From Antedon mediterranea (Eukaryota; Animalia; Echinodermata): a stretch of DNA of 64,000 nucleotides. The stretch spans positions 14,220,101-14,284,100 of the forward strand of contig NC_092677.1 of NCBI RefSeq assembly GCF_964355755.1. The letters are read 5' to 3'. The notes beneath the pieces are model-generated. The model saw only the letters and a program-made list of their open reading frames with translations. It had not been told where the DNA came from and ran no database searches. Below are positions 1 to 12,238 of this stretch, piece by piece (position 1 is the first letter of the stretch; every line of letters starts with the position of its first letter). A program made the position numbers and the translations under genes.

Positions 1-1526
1 CCACTGATCTCAATCTCTCTCCGTTTTTTTCCATACATTTGTCGTAAGACGGTGGGTCAGGATCTGGAGTTTGTATGCTGGGATTATCTATCCCACCTGT
101 TGTATTATAAAAATTGTCAAAGGAATCGGAGTCGTCGCCCGCACTCATTGAGTCCTTTATCTTCCTTTTTAATTTCTTTAAGTAAGATCTTATCAACAAA
201 GCTGTTACTGGCAAGATAAATATGCATAATACGAATACTCCTTCTACTGGCACTTGTGAGCTAGTTTCAAATTCTGTGTATTTAAAAATAGATTTACATT
301 ATTATTAGTATTTACTAAACGTTTGTTTCTACAGAATTGATTTAATATATACGATATTTTATTATCTGTACAACAATGATAACAAATATACTTACTCAGA
401 TCGCAGAATATAAAATCCCCCTCAAGCCTCCCCGTAGCAATTCCTATATATTGAATATCTAGTGGATATTGGTCCGTCCATGACATAAACGTCGTTTCAT
501 TATAGCGGCCTATTTCTATCTTTCCATATTTAAATGATATCCAAAACTGCTTAAATTCGTTGAAATCAAGTAACTTGTATGGAGTGGTGACGGACTCTCT
601 ATCTTTACAGTCTTGACATCTTCGAATGGCAGCCGTGTTGACCTTTTCTGAGTTGCCAATAGCAATCTCATACTGACTATTCGAGTCTCTTGCAACTGGT
701 GACAACATAATATAAGCGTATTTCATTACTTGTACTCTGAAATTAAAACTGGTTACCTCCGCTGCTAATTGTTTCATCGGATATTTGTATTTTCCTAATG
801 TACCTGTTCGGTACTGTTGACAATTTGTTTCTGCAATAAATCAATCAATAACAGTTGCAATTTATGCCTAATTGTATTATGAACACTGTGCATGTAGGCC
901 TACTGTAGGCTGATCCAGGAAGCAGGTAAGGGTGGAGACACCTAACTCTCCGTAAATTTTGAGAAATGCATTCATGAAGATAAATTATTAGGACAATACA
1001 ATTTTACATCTTAAAATGTTTAGGCCTATAGTGCCTCCTACATTATTTAAAATTCGTGGAGCCACCACCTGTCTTACGTACTAAGGCCCTAACTAGGAGG
1101 AAAATGATTTGTTTACCCATGGCTTTAACAACAAATAAACAATAATATTTAAACATACAGTACGTAGGTCCACAGTACACTAATATAGTAATACAAAATA
1201 AGGAGACGACATTGACAAATCTCTCTAATTGTTGAAACGATCGGATATAGTATACAGTATATCATATTATAATACAGAGGAAAATAATAATAGATATATA
1301 TCTATTATGTGTGTGTGTGTAATTTACGTATTATTAAAACCGTCTTTAGGATAGAGTTTTGCTTTAAAACGACCTCCAGAAAAGAGCTGTTCTAAACATA
1401 GGCTTATGAACAAAAGGATTGGTAAAACTGAACAATTAACATGACCTTACCTGAACAATGTGAAAACGAGAATAATACTATGAAGATAATATTAATTAGC
1501 CAGTATTGTACAGCAATCACCAACAT
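1..1526 (-). CDS. Type-I membrane protein with farnesoic-acid O-methyltransferase-like (Methyltransf_FA / CPAMD8-type) ectodomain; 3' end lies outside the window
   Basis: Exons 1526-1451 (signal peptide MLVIAVQYWLINIIFIVLFSFSHCS), 830-396 (FNFRVQ..AYIMLS..YEIAIGNSEKVNTAAIRRC..LLDFNEFKQFWISF..IEIGR..FMSWTDQYPLDIQYIGIATG, typical FAMeT-domain pattern) and 273-<1 (TM segment GVFVLCIFILPVTALLI, basic stop-transfer, tail with DPPSY). GT-AG introns, both phase 1. Confidence 0.8.
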
Positions 1527-3646
1527 TCTCAAAGCTGTCTAGAAAATAGGAAATGAATCCAACGCGATGACCTAGCACATTCGCATCCATACATTCAGTG
1601 TATCACTGAATATCTATCAGCTATTGGGCGGGTGTGATATTAGTTTCATTGATTTTTCACGGTCCTGTCCGTAGAACGATCAATAATACGTGTAACGTCA
1701 ATGCAAATTTATTTACTGGAATAATACATATTAATCAGAGATAATCGATTCGACATTCCAACAGAGAATCAGGTACAAGGCCTACTCTACCAGTACAAAT
1801 ATCGTACACGTTTAATTAACGAACGTTGTGTGCATTTTCAAAATAAAATTAATCTTCTGCGATTAATAATAATTTGAAATATAATATTCAACATCGAGAA
1901 AAAAAATCTAAAACCATCAATCAGTCTTGTATGGAAAGTCCTGTTACAGTCACTTGACAGGAAACAGCCCCTAAGTTTATAGTCGCTAGACATGAGATTG
2001 TAGTATAATCGGTTGTTAAAACAAGTTCAAATACCAAATGCATAACCAGGGAAGACTACTCTTTCCTGGTATAACAATGATAAATTCTCCATACAAAATT
2101 CCATGGTAGAGCTGAAATATAAATGTTTCAACGTTTGTCCTGAAAAAGTGTAGTTTCTATACTACAGGCTAAACTATTTTGCTGCACAATAGCACCTTTC
2201 ACTTAGCTTGTCTGAACTTTCTGAATAACATTTTCGAATAAATAATAAAAAAGATCTATTCTAATAATAAACAAATCTACTAAAATACTGAAATATTTTT
2301 TTTAAAGTTTGTTTAAAAAAAACCCGTTTTACCTCCAACATTTATATTGAAAATCAAATCACATTTATTGACAATCATGGCAACTATACTAATTTTCATT
2401 GTTTAAAAATTAATGTCTAGCTTCGTTATTAATTGATAAAACACACGTAGGCTTTATATTTTATGATTTATTCATTTTACTCGTTCACACACGTGACTCC
2501 ATAACATGTGAGATTACTGAATAAGGCTTGCATTTTTACAAGGGTTCATTTTATTACAAGGTACGTAAAAAGCTATCGGCACATCCATATCATTACTCAT
2601 GTATGATTTTAAATCTTTATTAAATAATGTTTATCATACAATAACCGGAACTTAACGTGACATTAATACAACATGATGCCATAATATTTACAGCATAATA
2701 TGCCGTTCCGAGATCTAACCACATAGTGACAACATTAATTCGTACTTTTATTATGGGTACCCATACGTATTACGTATTTAAACCGTTATGACGTATTTAT
2801 ATTATTCACACATAACTAAGTTTTATCTAGGCATTTTTTTTTCGATCCAATTTTTGGTCAAAATGGATAAGTATATGTGACATTAAATGGCATATTCAAT
2901 TAAAAATGTTTTAAGAATTATTTTTTCAGGGGGACAATACATCTTTAAGAATTCATGAAACAAAACAAAAATCATGTGATCATATATTTAAATGAAATAT
3001 TCATAAATCAAGAAAGCGTAAAAATAATGAAATTTTAAGAACATAATCCTATACTTTTTATTTCGAATAAAGATATCTAAAACGGAAAGTTACCGCGGCC
3101 GTAATTACCTTTCCATGGAATCATCGTTCACCGCCGCAAACAAAATCAGCCGCCGTAAACGATAGACACCAGTTCTTTTACAGTGTGAATAATAACATTA
3201 TTCACGCGCGGCGTCAATTATACTTATTATGCGGATAATGTATACGACGGTCGTACAAAAATGCCGGTCTCATTATTTTCAAAGTAATGGAAAATAGTAT
3301 ATGAGAACCGGCCAATCTTTTGTACTAATCAAAGTCTATAGCCACTCAGTATAAGTATACTGAGTATGGAAAAGTGTACTTAAAGATGAATAGAGGTTTA
3401 TTGGTCATCCATCATCTAGCTACGTGACATTGAGTGCGCAAAATGCTCTTGTACAAGAAACACAAAAACACATCTGAGTAATTTTCTTCCACATTACCAA
3501 AGACTAATTAACCGACTATAACATTGTATTACGGTAATGTATAATTATTCTTTCCTTCCTTCCTAGGAATTGTTCATTTCATTATTTATATATATACATA
3601 ACAAACAAAAAACTGAAATTGGGGAGACCAGGGTATAAGTGAACTC

Positions 3647-3698
3647 AATCACTGTAGCTGAGCCGATTGACCCAAATCACTGTAGCTGAGCCGGTTGA
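3647..3698. repeat. Short direct duplication (~27-bp period, 2 copies)
   Basis: AATCACTGTAGCTGAGCCG occurs twice in tandem. Confidence 0.7.
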
Positions 3699-4789
3699 AC
3701 TTGGAACAGTGCCTAAGACATTTATTATACATAGGCCATTGGCCCGAATACAACAATAAATAAACAAATAAATACAATTAAAATAAACTTAATAAAACTT
3801 TTAGTTTGGGACGTTTTGCTATGAAAGTTTGGAAATCAATTTTATTTTTATCCTCGGTTGTACAGTAGGGCGCAACTTTTAAAAAGTTCGCCGGTCTGTA
3901 ATGTAAAATTAAACATAAACTGAAAAGGTAATACTTATTACATTTGATTTGAAAAAAAATCCACCTTACTGACGCATGCGCACAGCACTATTCAAGAAAA
4001 TCCACGGGCTTAAAAAATATAATAAATGTGTTTTTGAAATGATTATCACTCTATTGAGTAAGCACTATACTACATAAATATTTTTCTAGTTATTATGACA
4101 GGTAGTATGCCATTTATCACCGGGAGCCATAATAGACAATATGATTAATTATCTGCAAGATTGCCTGTTTTGTGTTTATATTGTGTACTAGATATGACAA
4201 TATTTTAGAAGTTATTCTCTCAACGGGAAAAATCTAGAAAATTCAAAGATTTACATTAAATGGCTTCGATGGGTATTGTCGGTATGTTTTAAATCCTTTC
4301 CCAATTCATCATAACATTCTAAGCTCTTCGTTGCCACTACAAATATTAATCATAATCCATGGATTACTCTGATTACAAACCGGTCTGGATTAAAAGATAT
4401 ATGTGCACTTGAGGCGACATTAATGTGCCAGTGTACTTACCTGATTGATTCCAAAGGAAATCTTATTTTACTTTTTTTTCTTGTCAGTATTAAAATTATT
4501 TGAATGCAAAAAAAAAAAAAAAAAAAAAAAAAACAGAAAGAGGGGAGAATGGCGCCCCGGGAGGCAGAGCTAATTGTCCATACATAATATGGGCTTCCGT
4601 TATAGAATTTTCCATATTAGATATGGAGGGCGCAATATTGTGCACAAGTAATTCATTAATGATAAATTCAGTCGTCTGTCTTAAATTTCACAATATGTTC
4701 TAATCTTTTTATTTTACTTTTGAATTTAACTGTTCTACTGGACAGTGCATTGAGATGTTTTAATCAATTAAATAAAAGATGTGTTTAGA

Positions 4790-7700
4790 GTAAAATGTCC
4801 GCCATCTTATGTTCTATTGCCCACTGCCGTTGCCATGGTTTAATACTATACTTCTACTCAAGTTTGAAGGTGAGAATCGCATAAAGCTTGGTTCAAACTA
4901 GGGTCTCAGTGGTAACCAGGCTTTAAAGGGGTAGTGGTGGGGAATCAACATTGTAGAAATTATTTTAGTAAAGGTATAATATCAATGATAATTACATTAT
5001 TAAGAACATTGGCATGTATATATATATATAAATCAATTGCACATATATCTTTATATATATATATGTTATGGTGTTGAAAAGATCACACCATCATCCTGAA
5101 CATGAACAAGTCATTCATAAGTTATGCCCTTCTTCAATTTATCTTCAATTTATCTTCAATTTATCTTCAATTTATCTGGATAACCATACATCGAAAGATT
5201 TCCAGAATGTAGTCGGTGAGTGTTATACGTACCTATTTACATCAACCAAAAAATTCTCGCATTATGATTATAATCTTCATCGGAACCCCAGACAGCTTGC
5301 ATGTAGAACTTTAATTATCTGCTTACTATGGTGTGGTGACATCGAATCCAATCCTGGACCAGCGAATGTACCTGTATCAAACAATTGTTGTGGTAAATGT
5401 CAACGGCGCGTCACTACCAGAAGCAGAGCCATATCGTGTGATGAGTGTAATAAGTGGACTCATATAAAGTGTACTGATGGTTTCATGACGCCCAAAAGAT
5501 ACAAGTACATTGTAAACAACAATACTGAATTTGATTATGTATGCGTGGAATGCAGCTGGAAACATCTCCCATTTGATTCCTGTGGAAATCATAACGATGA
5601 CATAGGATTAAGAACACCACCCCCATTATTTAATTATAACGTCGCTCCTGAAGACTTCATGCGGTTTAAACAGAAAGGAATACACATTCTACACTTAAAT
5701 ACAAGATCAATGATCCCCAAACTACTGGAACTGCGCGATATTGCATATAAAAGTAAAGCTGGCATTATCTCCATTAGCGAAACATGGATTGATGATTCGG
5801 TATCTGACAACGAAATTAAAATTGAAGGTTACTCAGTTCTACGAAGAGATCGCGACCGCAAAGGCGGTGGCGTATGTACGTATATAAGGGATGACATCGC
5901 GTTTAACCGGCGTTCAGATATTGAATCCGACGAAGCTGAAGTACTTTGGATTGAACTGATCCTGCCTAAAACCAAACCCATTATAATTGGAACATGTTAC
6001 AGACCACCAAAGCAAACGAACTTTCTAACTCTGTTTGAAAATATGTTATCTAAAATTGGAATGGACAGTGAATTAATTGTTGTTGGCGATTTTAATATAT
6101 GTACTTTAACAAAGTCATCTTTATTGAATAGCTATAATCAAATTCTAAGTATGTTTAGTTTAAGTAACAAAGTAACTGAACCAACTAGGATATGCCCTAC
6201 AGTTGCTTCATGCCTCGATCATATATTATGTAATAATGAGAATAAGATAAGCCAATCGGGTACAATCGCAACAGGTCTAAGCGATCACTTAATGACATTT
6301 TGTACACGGAAAACTATTAAACTTAAGTTCAATGGACATAAAAATGTATATATCAGATCACTAAAAAACTATACCGTTGATCAATTTAGAAACATACTAA
6401 TAGATATCGATTGGTCAGTAGTTACCTCTATCGGAGATGTAAATGAAGCTCTGTATAAATTTAATGCATTACTTTTGGCTGCTATTGATTCCATTGCCCC
6501 CCTTAAAAACATTAGGATGAAACAAAGAACGGAACCATGGTTAACTAGAGAAATATTACAAGACATTGAAACCAGAGATAAATTATTAAATATGTATAAT
6601 AAAAACAAGAATAATACCGACTTATTAATACAATTTCGCAAACTAAGAAATAAAATACAGCGTGATATAAATAAAGCTAAATCAAATCATTTGTTAAACA
6701 AGGCTGAAGAAAATAAAAATAACCCTAAAAAATTATGGAAAATGTTTAAAGGTCTAGGCTATAGTAATACATCTAAGGATAGTGCTAAAACGGTTATTGA
6801 CCTGCCCAATGGTACTAAATGTTTTGACCCAGCCAAAATTGCTTCTTGCTTCAACGAATATTTTACTACTATTGCAGCCAATTTGGTCAGTAAACTTCCA
6901 TCCCCTAAGAATGTGTATGACTGTACGTCGTCCAAACTTAAGGATTTCTATAGAACCGTTAGTGGCAATAACTTTATGCTCAACTCAGTGGACGAAGACT
7001 TTATATATAGTGAATTAAACAAACTCAATGCGACAAAAAGCACGGGTGTCGATAAGATACCTCCCCGCTTCATAAAAGATGGGGCTGAAATTCTAAAAGT
7101 TCCCATTACCTACATAATTAATTTATCAATTAGTACCAGTACAGTCCCAGAAGACATGAAAAAGGCCAAGGTCATACCTCTTTATAAAAAAGGTAGTAGA
7201 ACCGATATTGGAAACTATCGCCCTATAAGTATACTCAGTACAATGTCTAAAATTTTAGAGAAGGCTGTTTTTATTCAAATCGAAAAATACCTTACTGAAA
7301 ACAACGTATTGTATAAATATCAATCTGGATTTCGAGCTGCCTTCTCTACTGACACATGTTTGATAGACTTAGTTGATTCCCTTAAAACCCAAACTTCTAA
7401 GGGAAATTTCTCGGGTATGGTGTTGGTCGATTTAAAGAAGGCATTTGACACTGTAGATCATGACATTTTATGTAATAAGCTTAAATTAATGGGTATTGGA
7501 TCTATTGAATGGTTCAAATCTTACTTATCAATAAGAAAGCAAATAGTAACTGTTGATGATCATTGCTCTCAATCTTGTACTGTTACATGCGGGGTTCCTC
7601 AAGGAAGTATCCTTGGACCCCTTTTGTTCTTATGTTTTGTTAATGACATGGTAACTTGTATTGATCCTGATTGTAAACTCCTTCTATACGCTGATGACAG

Positions 7701-8834
7701 TGCAATTGTTTATTCACACAGAAATCCAGATATTATTTCTAAGAAGCTAGGGTCAACACTAGACTCCTTGTGTGATTGGCTTGTAGACAATAAGTTAACA
7801 ATTAACCTGGATAAAACTGAGTGTATACTATTTGGTTCTAAGAGAAAAACTAAAAATGTTAACAATTTTAATGTCTCAACAAATGGTAACAATATCAACA
7901 CTAGTAATTGTGTCAAGTATCTGGGTATTGAAATAGATCAAATTTAACGTGTTCTGAATATGCATGTAAAACCATTAAGAAAATTAATAATAGGCTTAAG
8001 TTTATGTACCGCCAACGTAAGATACTAAGTTGTAAGAATCGTAAACTATTATGCTCTGCTCTCATCCAATGTGTTTTTGATTATGCTGCATCTTCTTGGT
8101 TCTGTGGAACCAGTAAAGCTATCCAAAGAAAACTACAAATTGCTCAAAACAAAATGGTTAGACTCATAAAAGGAGTTGAACCCAGAAGACATATAGGTGC
8201 TGATCAATTAGACGATTATGGATTGTTAAATGTAAAATATCGAGTAAAGTTCTTGCAAATTAGCCAAGTTCATAAAATATTTATGGGCAGAAGTGCTTCA
8301 TACCTAAACGAAAACTTTCGTAGAGTTAATAACTTACATGGTCACTTCACTCGTGGTAGTAAACTCAATTTTGTTGTACCTAAAGTCCAAGGCATAGAAT
8401 GTAATACGTTCTATTTTAATGCAATCAGAGAATGGAATAACCTTCCTGACTATATTAAACAAATTTCCAACACATCTAAATTTAAAACTGAATTGAAACA
8501 ATATTACAAAATTAAACATAGATAAATTATTATTGTGCCATTATATCAGATGTTTTGCTTATATGCTTATATATTTATGAACCCCGTCTTATAATGTTTG
8601 TTTTGTTAAAATTATAATTACTATCTTTTTAGGGACCACATTGGAATTAAGTTGTTTTACTTTAAACGACTTTATGTGTTTTCCCGTGCATCGTCAGACT
8701 TCATTAATCCCGCCATTTTTATTTGCTTTTTTGATGTACATGTATATTAATATTTAAGGTGATTTTATATTTTATTGATGTATTTTTTAATGTTATTTAT
8801 TGAGATGCCAAATAAATGAAAGAAAGAAAGAAAG
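4790..8834 (+). mobile_element. Non-LTR retrotransposon (LINE), CR1/L2/Crack group; 5' boundary approximate
   Basis: Long PHD-endonuclease-RT ORF; ~300-bp 3'UTR ending in AATAAA + (GAAA)n tail at 8810-8834; GCCATCTT (reverse YY1-like) near 4801 taken as the putative 5' end; no TSD found. Confidence 0.9.
5068..8525 (+). pseudogene. LINE polyprotein: 2A-like peptide, PHD finger, APE endonuclease, reverse transcriptase; a single 1-nt deletion near 7942
   Basis: PHD CGKC..CDEC..H.KC..CVEC; APE motifs LNTRS, SETW, GGGV, YRPP, GDFN, LDH, SDH; RT motifs NYRPISIL, QSGFR, DLKKAFDTVDH, GVPQGSILGPLLF, YADD, KYLG. Adding one A at GATCAAA^TTTAACG restores DQNLTCSEY..RLKFMYR and joins ORF 5068-7947 to ORF 8004-8525. 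Confidence 0.9.
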
Positions 8835-10440
8835 GCATCATTATGTTATTAGACTCGGACATTATACACATGCGAATCACTATTAAGTGAATAACTCTAT
8901 TGAAGAATAATTAGGCCTAGTAACATTTATTTTCATGCAACCATAGAACTGAATACACTGTACTGGTTAAGTAGAGCTAACTGAACAAACGCAGAAGAAA
9001 TGAAACAGTTTGTGGAAGACATTTATATCCAGTGCTTCTGGAATGTTTTGATAAATGATTCCACCTACACTCCCTTTCTACTCGTCATAAAACAAACCGT
9101 TATGGGTTATTAATATAATGAAAAACGGTAAATTAAGGTACAACACGTTTTTAAAGATAACAACACTGATTTAATACCGAATGAATAAATGAGTCGAAAG
9201 AATAATGTCGTAAAGACGATTAATGTCTAATTGATTAAACGTCATGCAAACCAAACATTATCCGGAATAAGATTTATTGCAAGAATTCCTTATTTTCCGT
9301 CCAAGATTAATGCAATTGGTCGGTCCTAACTCTGGTAAAATTGGGTAATCGAGAATAATACCCATCGTTAACTGGACTCACTGAATGTACTAATGAATCT
9401 TGGTGGTATTTCAAATGACCTACTTTATAACCACAAATTTCCTTGAATATACTCATGTTCAGTAATCAACTCTGACAAATTATTACCTTCAGAATTGAAG
9501 AATGTGGATTACTTCAGCCAAACCAATAATATCCAGGGCTTTACAATAAAACATGTACGTGGCGATTACTTTATAAACAGGTTACCTTTTAAACTCTCGT
9601 GACGTAATTGTTGTCATTGATTTTTTTTTTGTTCGAATACGTACGCTACTAGTTTAAGTTTGTAATTATCAACGATAGTTAATTAAAGACATTCTACATA
9701 TTAAAAAACAATAGTGAGATTAATTGTAGGCGTAAGGGCGAATTGGCAACAAACACTAATAATTAGTTAATTGATATCCTAAAAACCTGGAAATGTCCAC
9801 ACGTAGAAAGAACAAAAATTAAACGTTCGTATTTAGAAATTATACTGCTTATTAATGATCAATGATAGGACTAATGGAATAAACAAAAGAATTGTCACGG
9901 ATTTAACACTAAGAATTAGGAATGTTCGTAACGAGTGTACATGGCACGTGCGTTTTTGAGAAACACGTCTACAAAAATGAAAGGATTTCATGTTCAATAC
10001 TCCAACTACTCAAATTGTAATCAACATAAATTCGGTTAAAGAATTATTAATATATAGAGTAGGCCGCAATTTGAAATTACAATTCTAATTTCCTATAATG
10101 GTATTATACCACTTATTCCTAAAGAAAATGCACATAATTGCCCGATTTGGTATAATTAAAATCGTATTCCGTACTAAATGACGTACGTGGCTAATGTGTG
10201 AGAATGGAGTCGTATGTTTTAGTTTAAGATTGATTCAGAATTCAGAGTAGGCCTACATACGGTAGCTAAATTGTTGATTAATACAAATACAGTCATGACA
10301 TGGTATTACTATTAAAAAATGAATAACTATGTAGGCCTATGCTTTATGGTAAATTGAAAAGCAATTACATTTTTTTTATCAATAACATCTTTGTTAATGT
10401 TATCAAACGTCGGAATTATTTTCGTCTCCACCTGTTGTAT

Positions 10441-10592
10441 ATTATAAACATAATGAATGTTTATGAGTTAGATGAGGATTTTTCATGAGTTGAAATATTG
10501 ACTGCCTGCTCTATTTAACGAGGCGGAGCCGGGTGTAATAGTCATTCTTTCAACGAATGAATATTCTCTCCATTCAACGAATACAAAACATT
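10441..10592. repeat. Interspersed palindromic repeat (MITE-like)
   Basis: ATAATGAATGTTTATGAGTT...AACGAGGCGGAGCCGGGT...CATTCAACGAA; a related copy starting AATAATGAATGTTTATGAGTT lies at ~29185-29400. Confidence 0.55.
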
Positions 10593-11044
10593 GCCTGCAG
10601 AGAGATTGTCACTGGCGGATATTGAGCGGAAGCTGTGGCCGTATTTACCATTCACACTTAGATAGACTAAGGAAATACTTAAAACCTTAACATTTAAAAA
10701 AATCTTATAAGGGAAATAAAAAAAAGAAAAATAAATTATTAAGTGAAATGAAATGTGTACCAACTTTGGACTGTGGAAGGTTAATTCTGGGGGATTTCTT
10801 CCCTGTTTCCCAAAGAACAAAAGCCTCTTATGCTGCAAGTAGGGCTTAATGAATTCGAGTATTAAATGTGTAAACATTTTTTCGGCTTCAGCACCGATTA
10901 ATGATTGTTTAGCTTATGTAGTATTATACCTAAACCTTCTTCACCTAACTATTATACATAACTTATATTTTAGATCAAACAGAGCAAGAGAGTTTGAAAG
11001 TAACGCGATACTCGTGTGTTCCAATGTAAAACAAGGCCATGTAA

Positions 11045-11145
11045 TACGAGGCTGAAGTCGCGTGCTCAAGTTAGTGTTTACTGACCAACCGACCGACCGA
11101 CCGACTGACATAGTGAGTTGTAGACATACAGCAGCGTACATAAAG
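11045..11145 (+). mobile_element. Helentron/DINE-like non-autonomous fragment
   Basis: (CCGA)n tetranucleotide run followed by CATAGTGAGTTGTAGA and a degenerate 3' end; layout resembles HINE/DINE elements. Confidence 0.35.
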
Positions 11146-12238
11146 ATACAAAGAGCGTTAGGAGAGAGTTTGACATTTATCTAAAAGGAAACAAATTAGG
11201 CCTACAGTATATAAATCAACACATATAATAATTATGAGTTGAATGAGTAATCATAGTATATACGCCAATGCTCCGAATCGCCATAAATCTAGGACACATG
11301 TCATATTAGATTGGAAATTATTTTAACGTAGGCAAAATTCTGATGAAGATTATATGAAGTCAAATTTCCTGCCACTTCATTGTATAGTGATTATTAATGT
11401 AAACAGGAAGACACTGCGTCTTCAATATTATTCCTATTGTTGCTTCGAAATGAATTCATTGATTTGTCTCAAGAAAGTACGTTACAAACTCATTACCGGT
11501 ACGTGTCTATCCATTTACAAAGATTTGTTTTTTGCATCAAATTCTGTATAGGTGCTACACTGTTTTTATGAACGAATTGTATGTAAATCGCTGATGTTTT
11601 CTGCTGTTATATCCATTCAGTAACTTTGTTTCGTAAATAAAAAAAAAACAATTATAGAAATATACAATATAAGATACACACTATATTTTATGTCTGGGTA
11701 TATGGATAGAGATTGACAACATTAGGTAATATGATATATCTCTATTATATTACCTATCGAGTCAATTCCATAGGTAATGTAGTAGAGATCACACTCATCA
11801 AACACCGCAACAGACACTAATGCCCACAGGGTAAATAAATAATGCATAACGTTCAAGAATATTAATAGTTTTTGCTTTCATATTTGAATAAAAGTGTGTG
11901 ACCAGAAATGGCCTTTTTAAGGAAATTTTAATTGGCGCATAGCTTTTAACTATGGGGCGCAATCTCAACAACAAAGTGGGTGTATTATTATCACATACTA
12001 ACTATTATTATTACTACTTATATAATGCATAGTAATACTGTTACTATAAATTATCTAGCAAAAAATAATTGCATGAACCTCCATGGAATACAACTGTACA
12101 CCAACGAGTACCGATCTGAAAAGGTATCGTTAGTGACGAAAATAATTAAATAGTAATTTGTAATTACTATATATTGGTGTATGATTGATTTTTATTTTTG
12201 AAAAAAAGATTTTCGTTTAATTGCAATTTTTCCTTCAG

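Noticed and set aside
4500-4703. Poly-Lys ORF
   Set aside because: Artefact of a poly(A) run; no coding features
10542-10877. 111-aa minus-strand ORF
   Set aside because: No motif, overlaps an interspersed repeat and an A-rich tract, and has no convincing flanking exons
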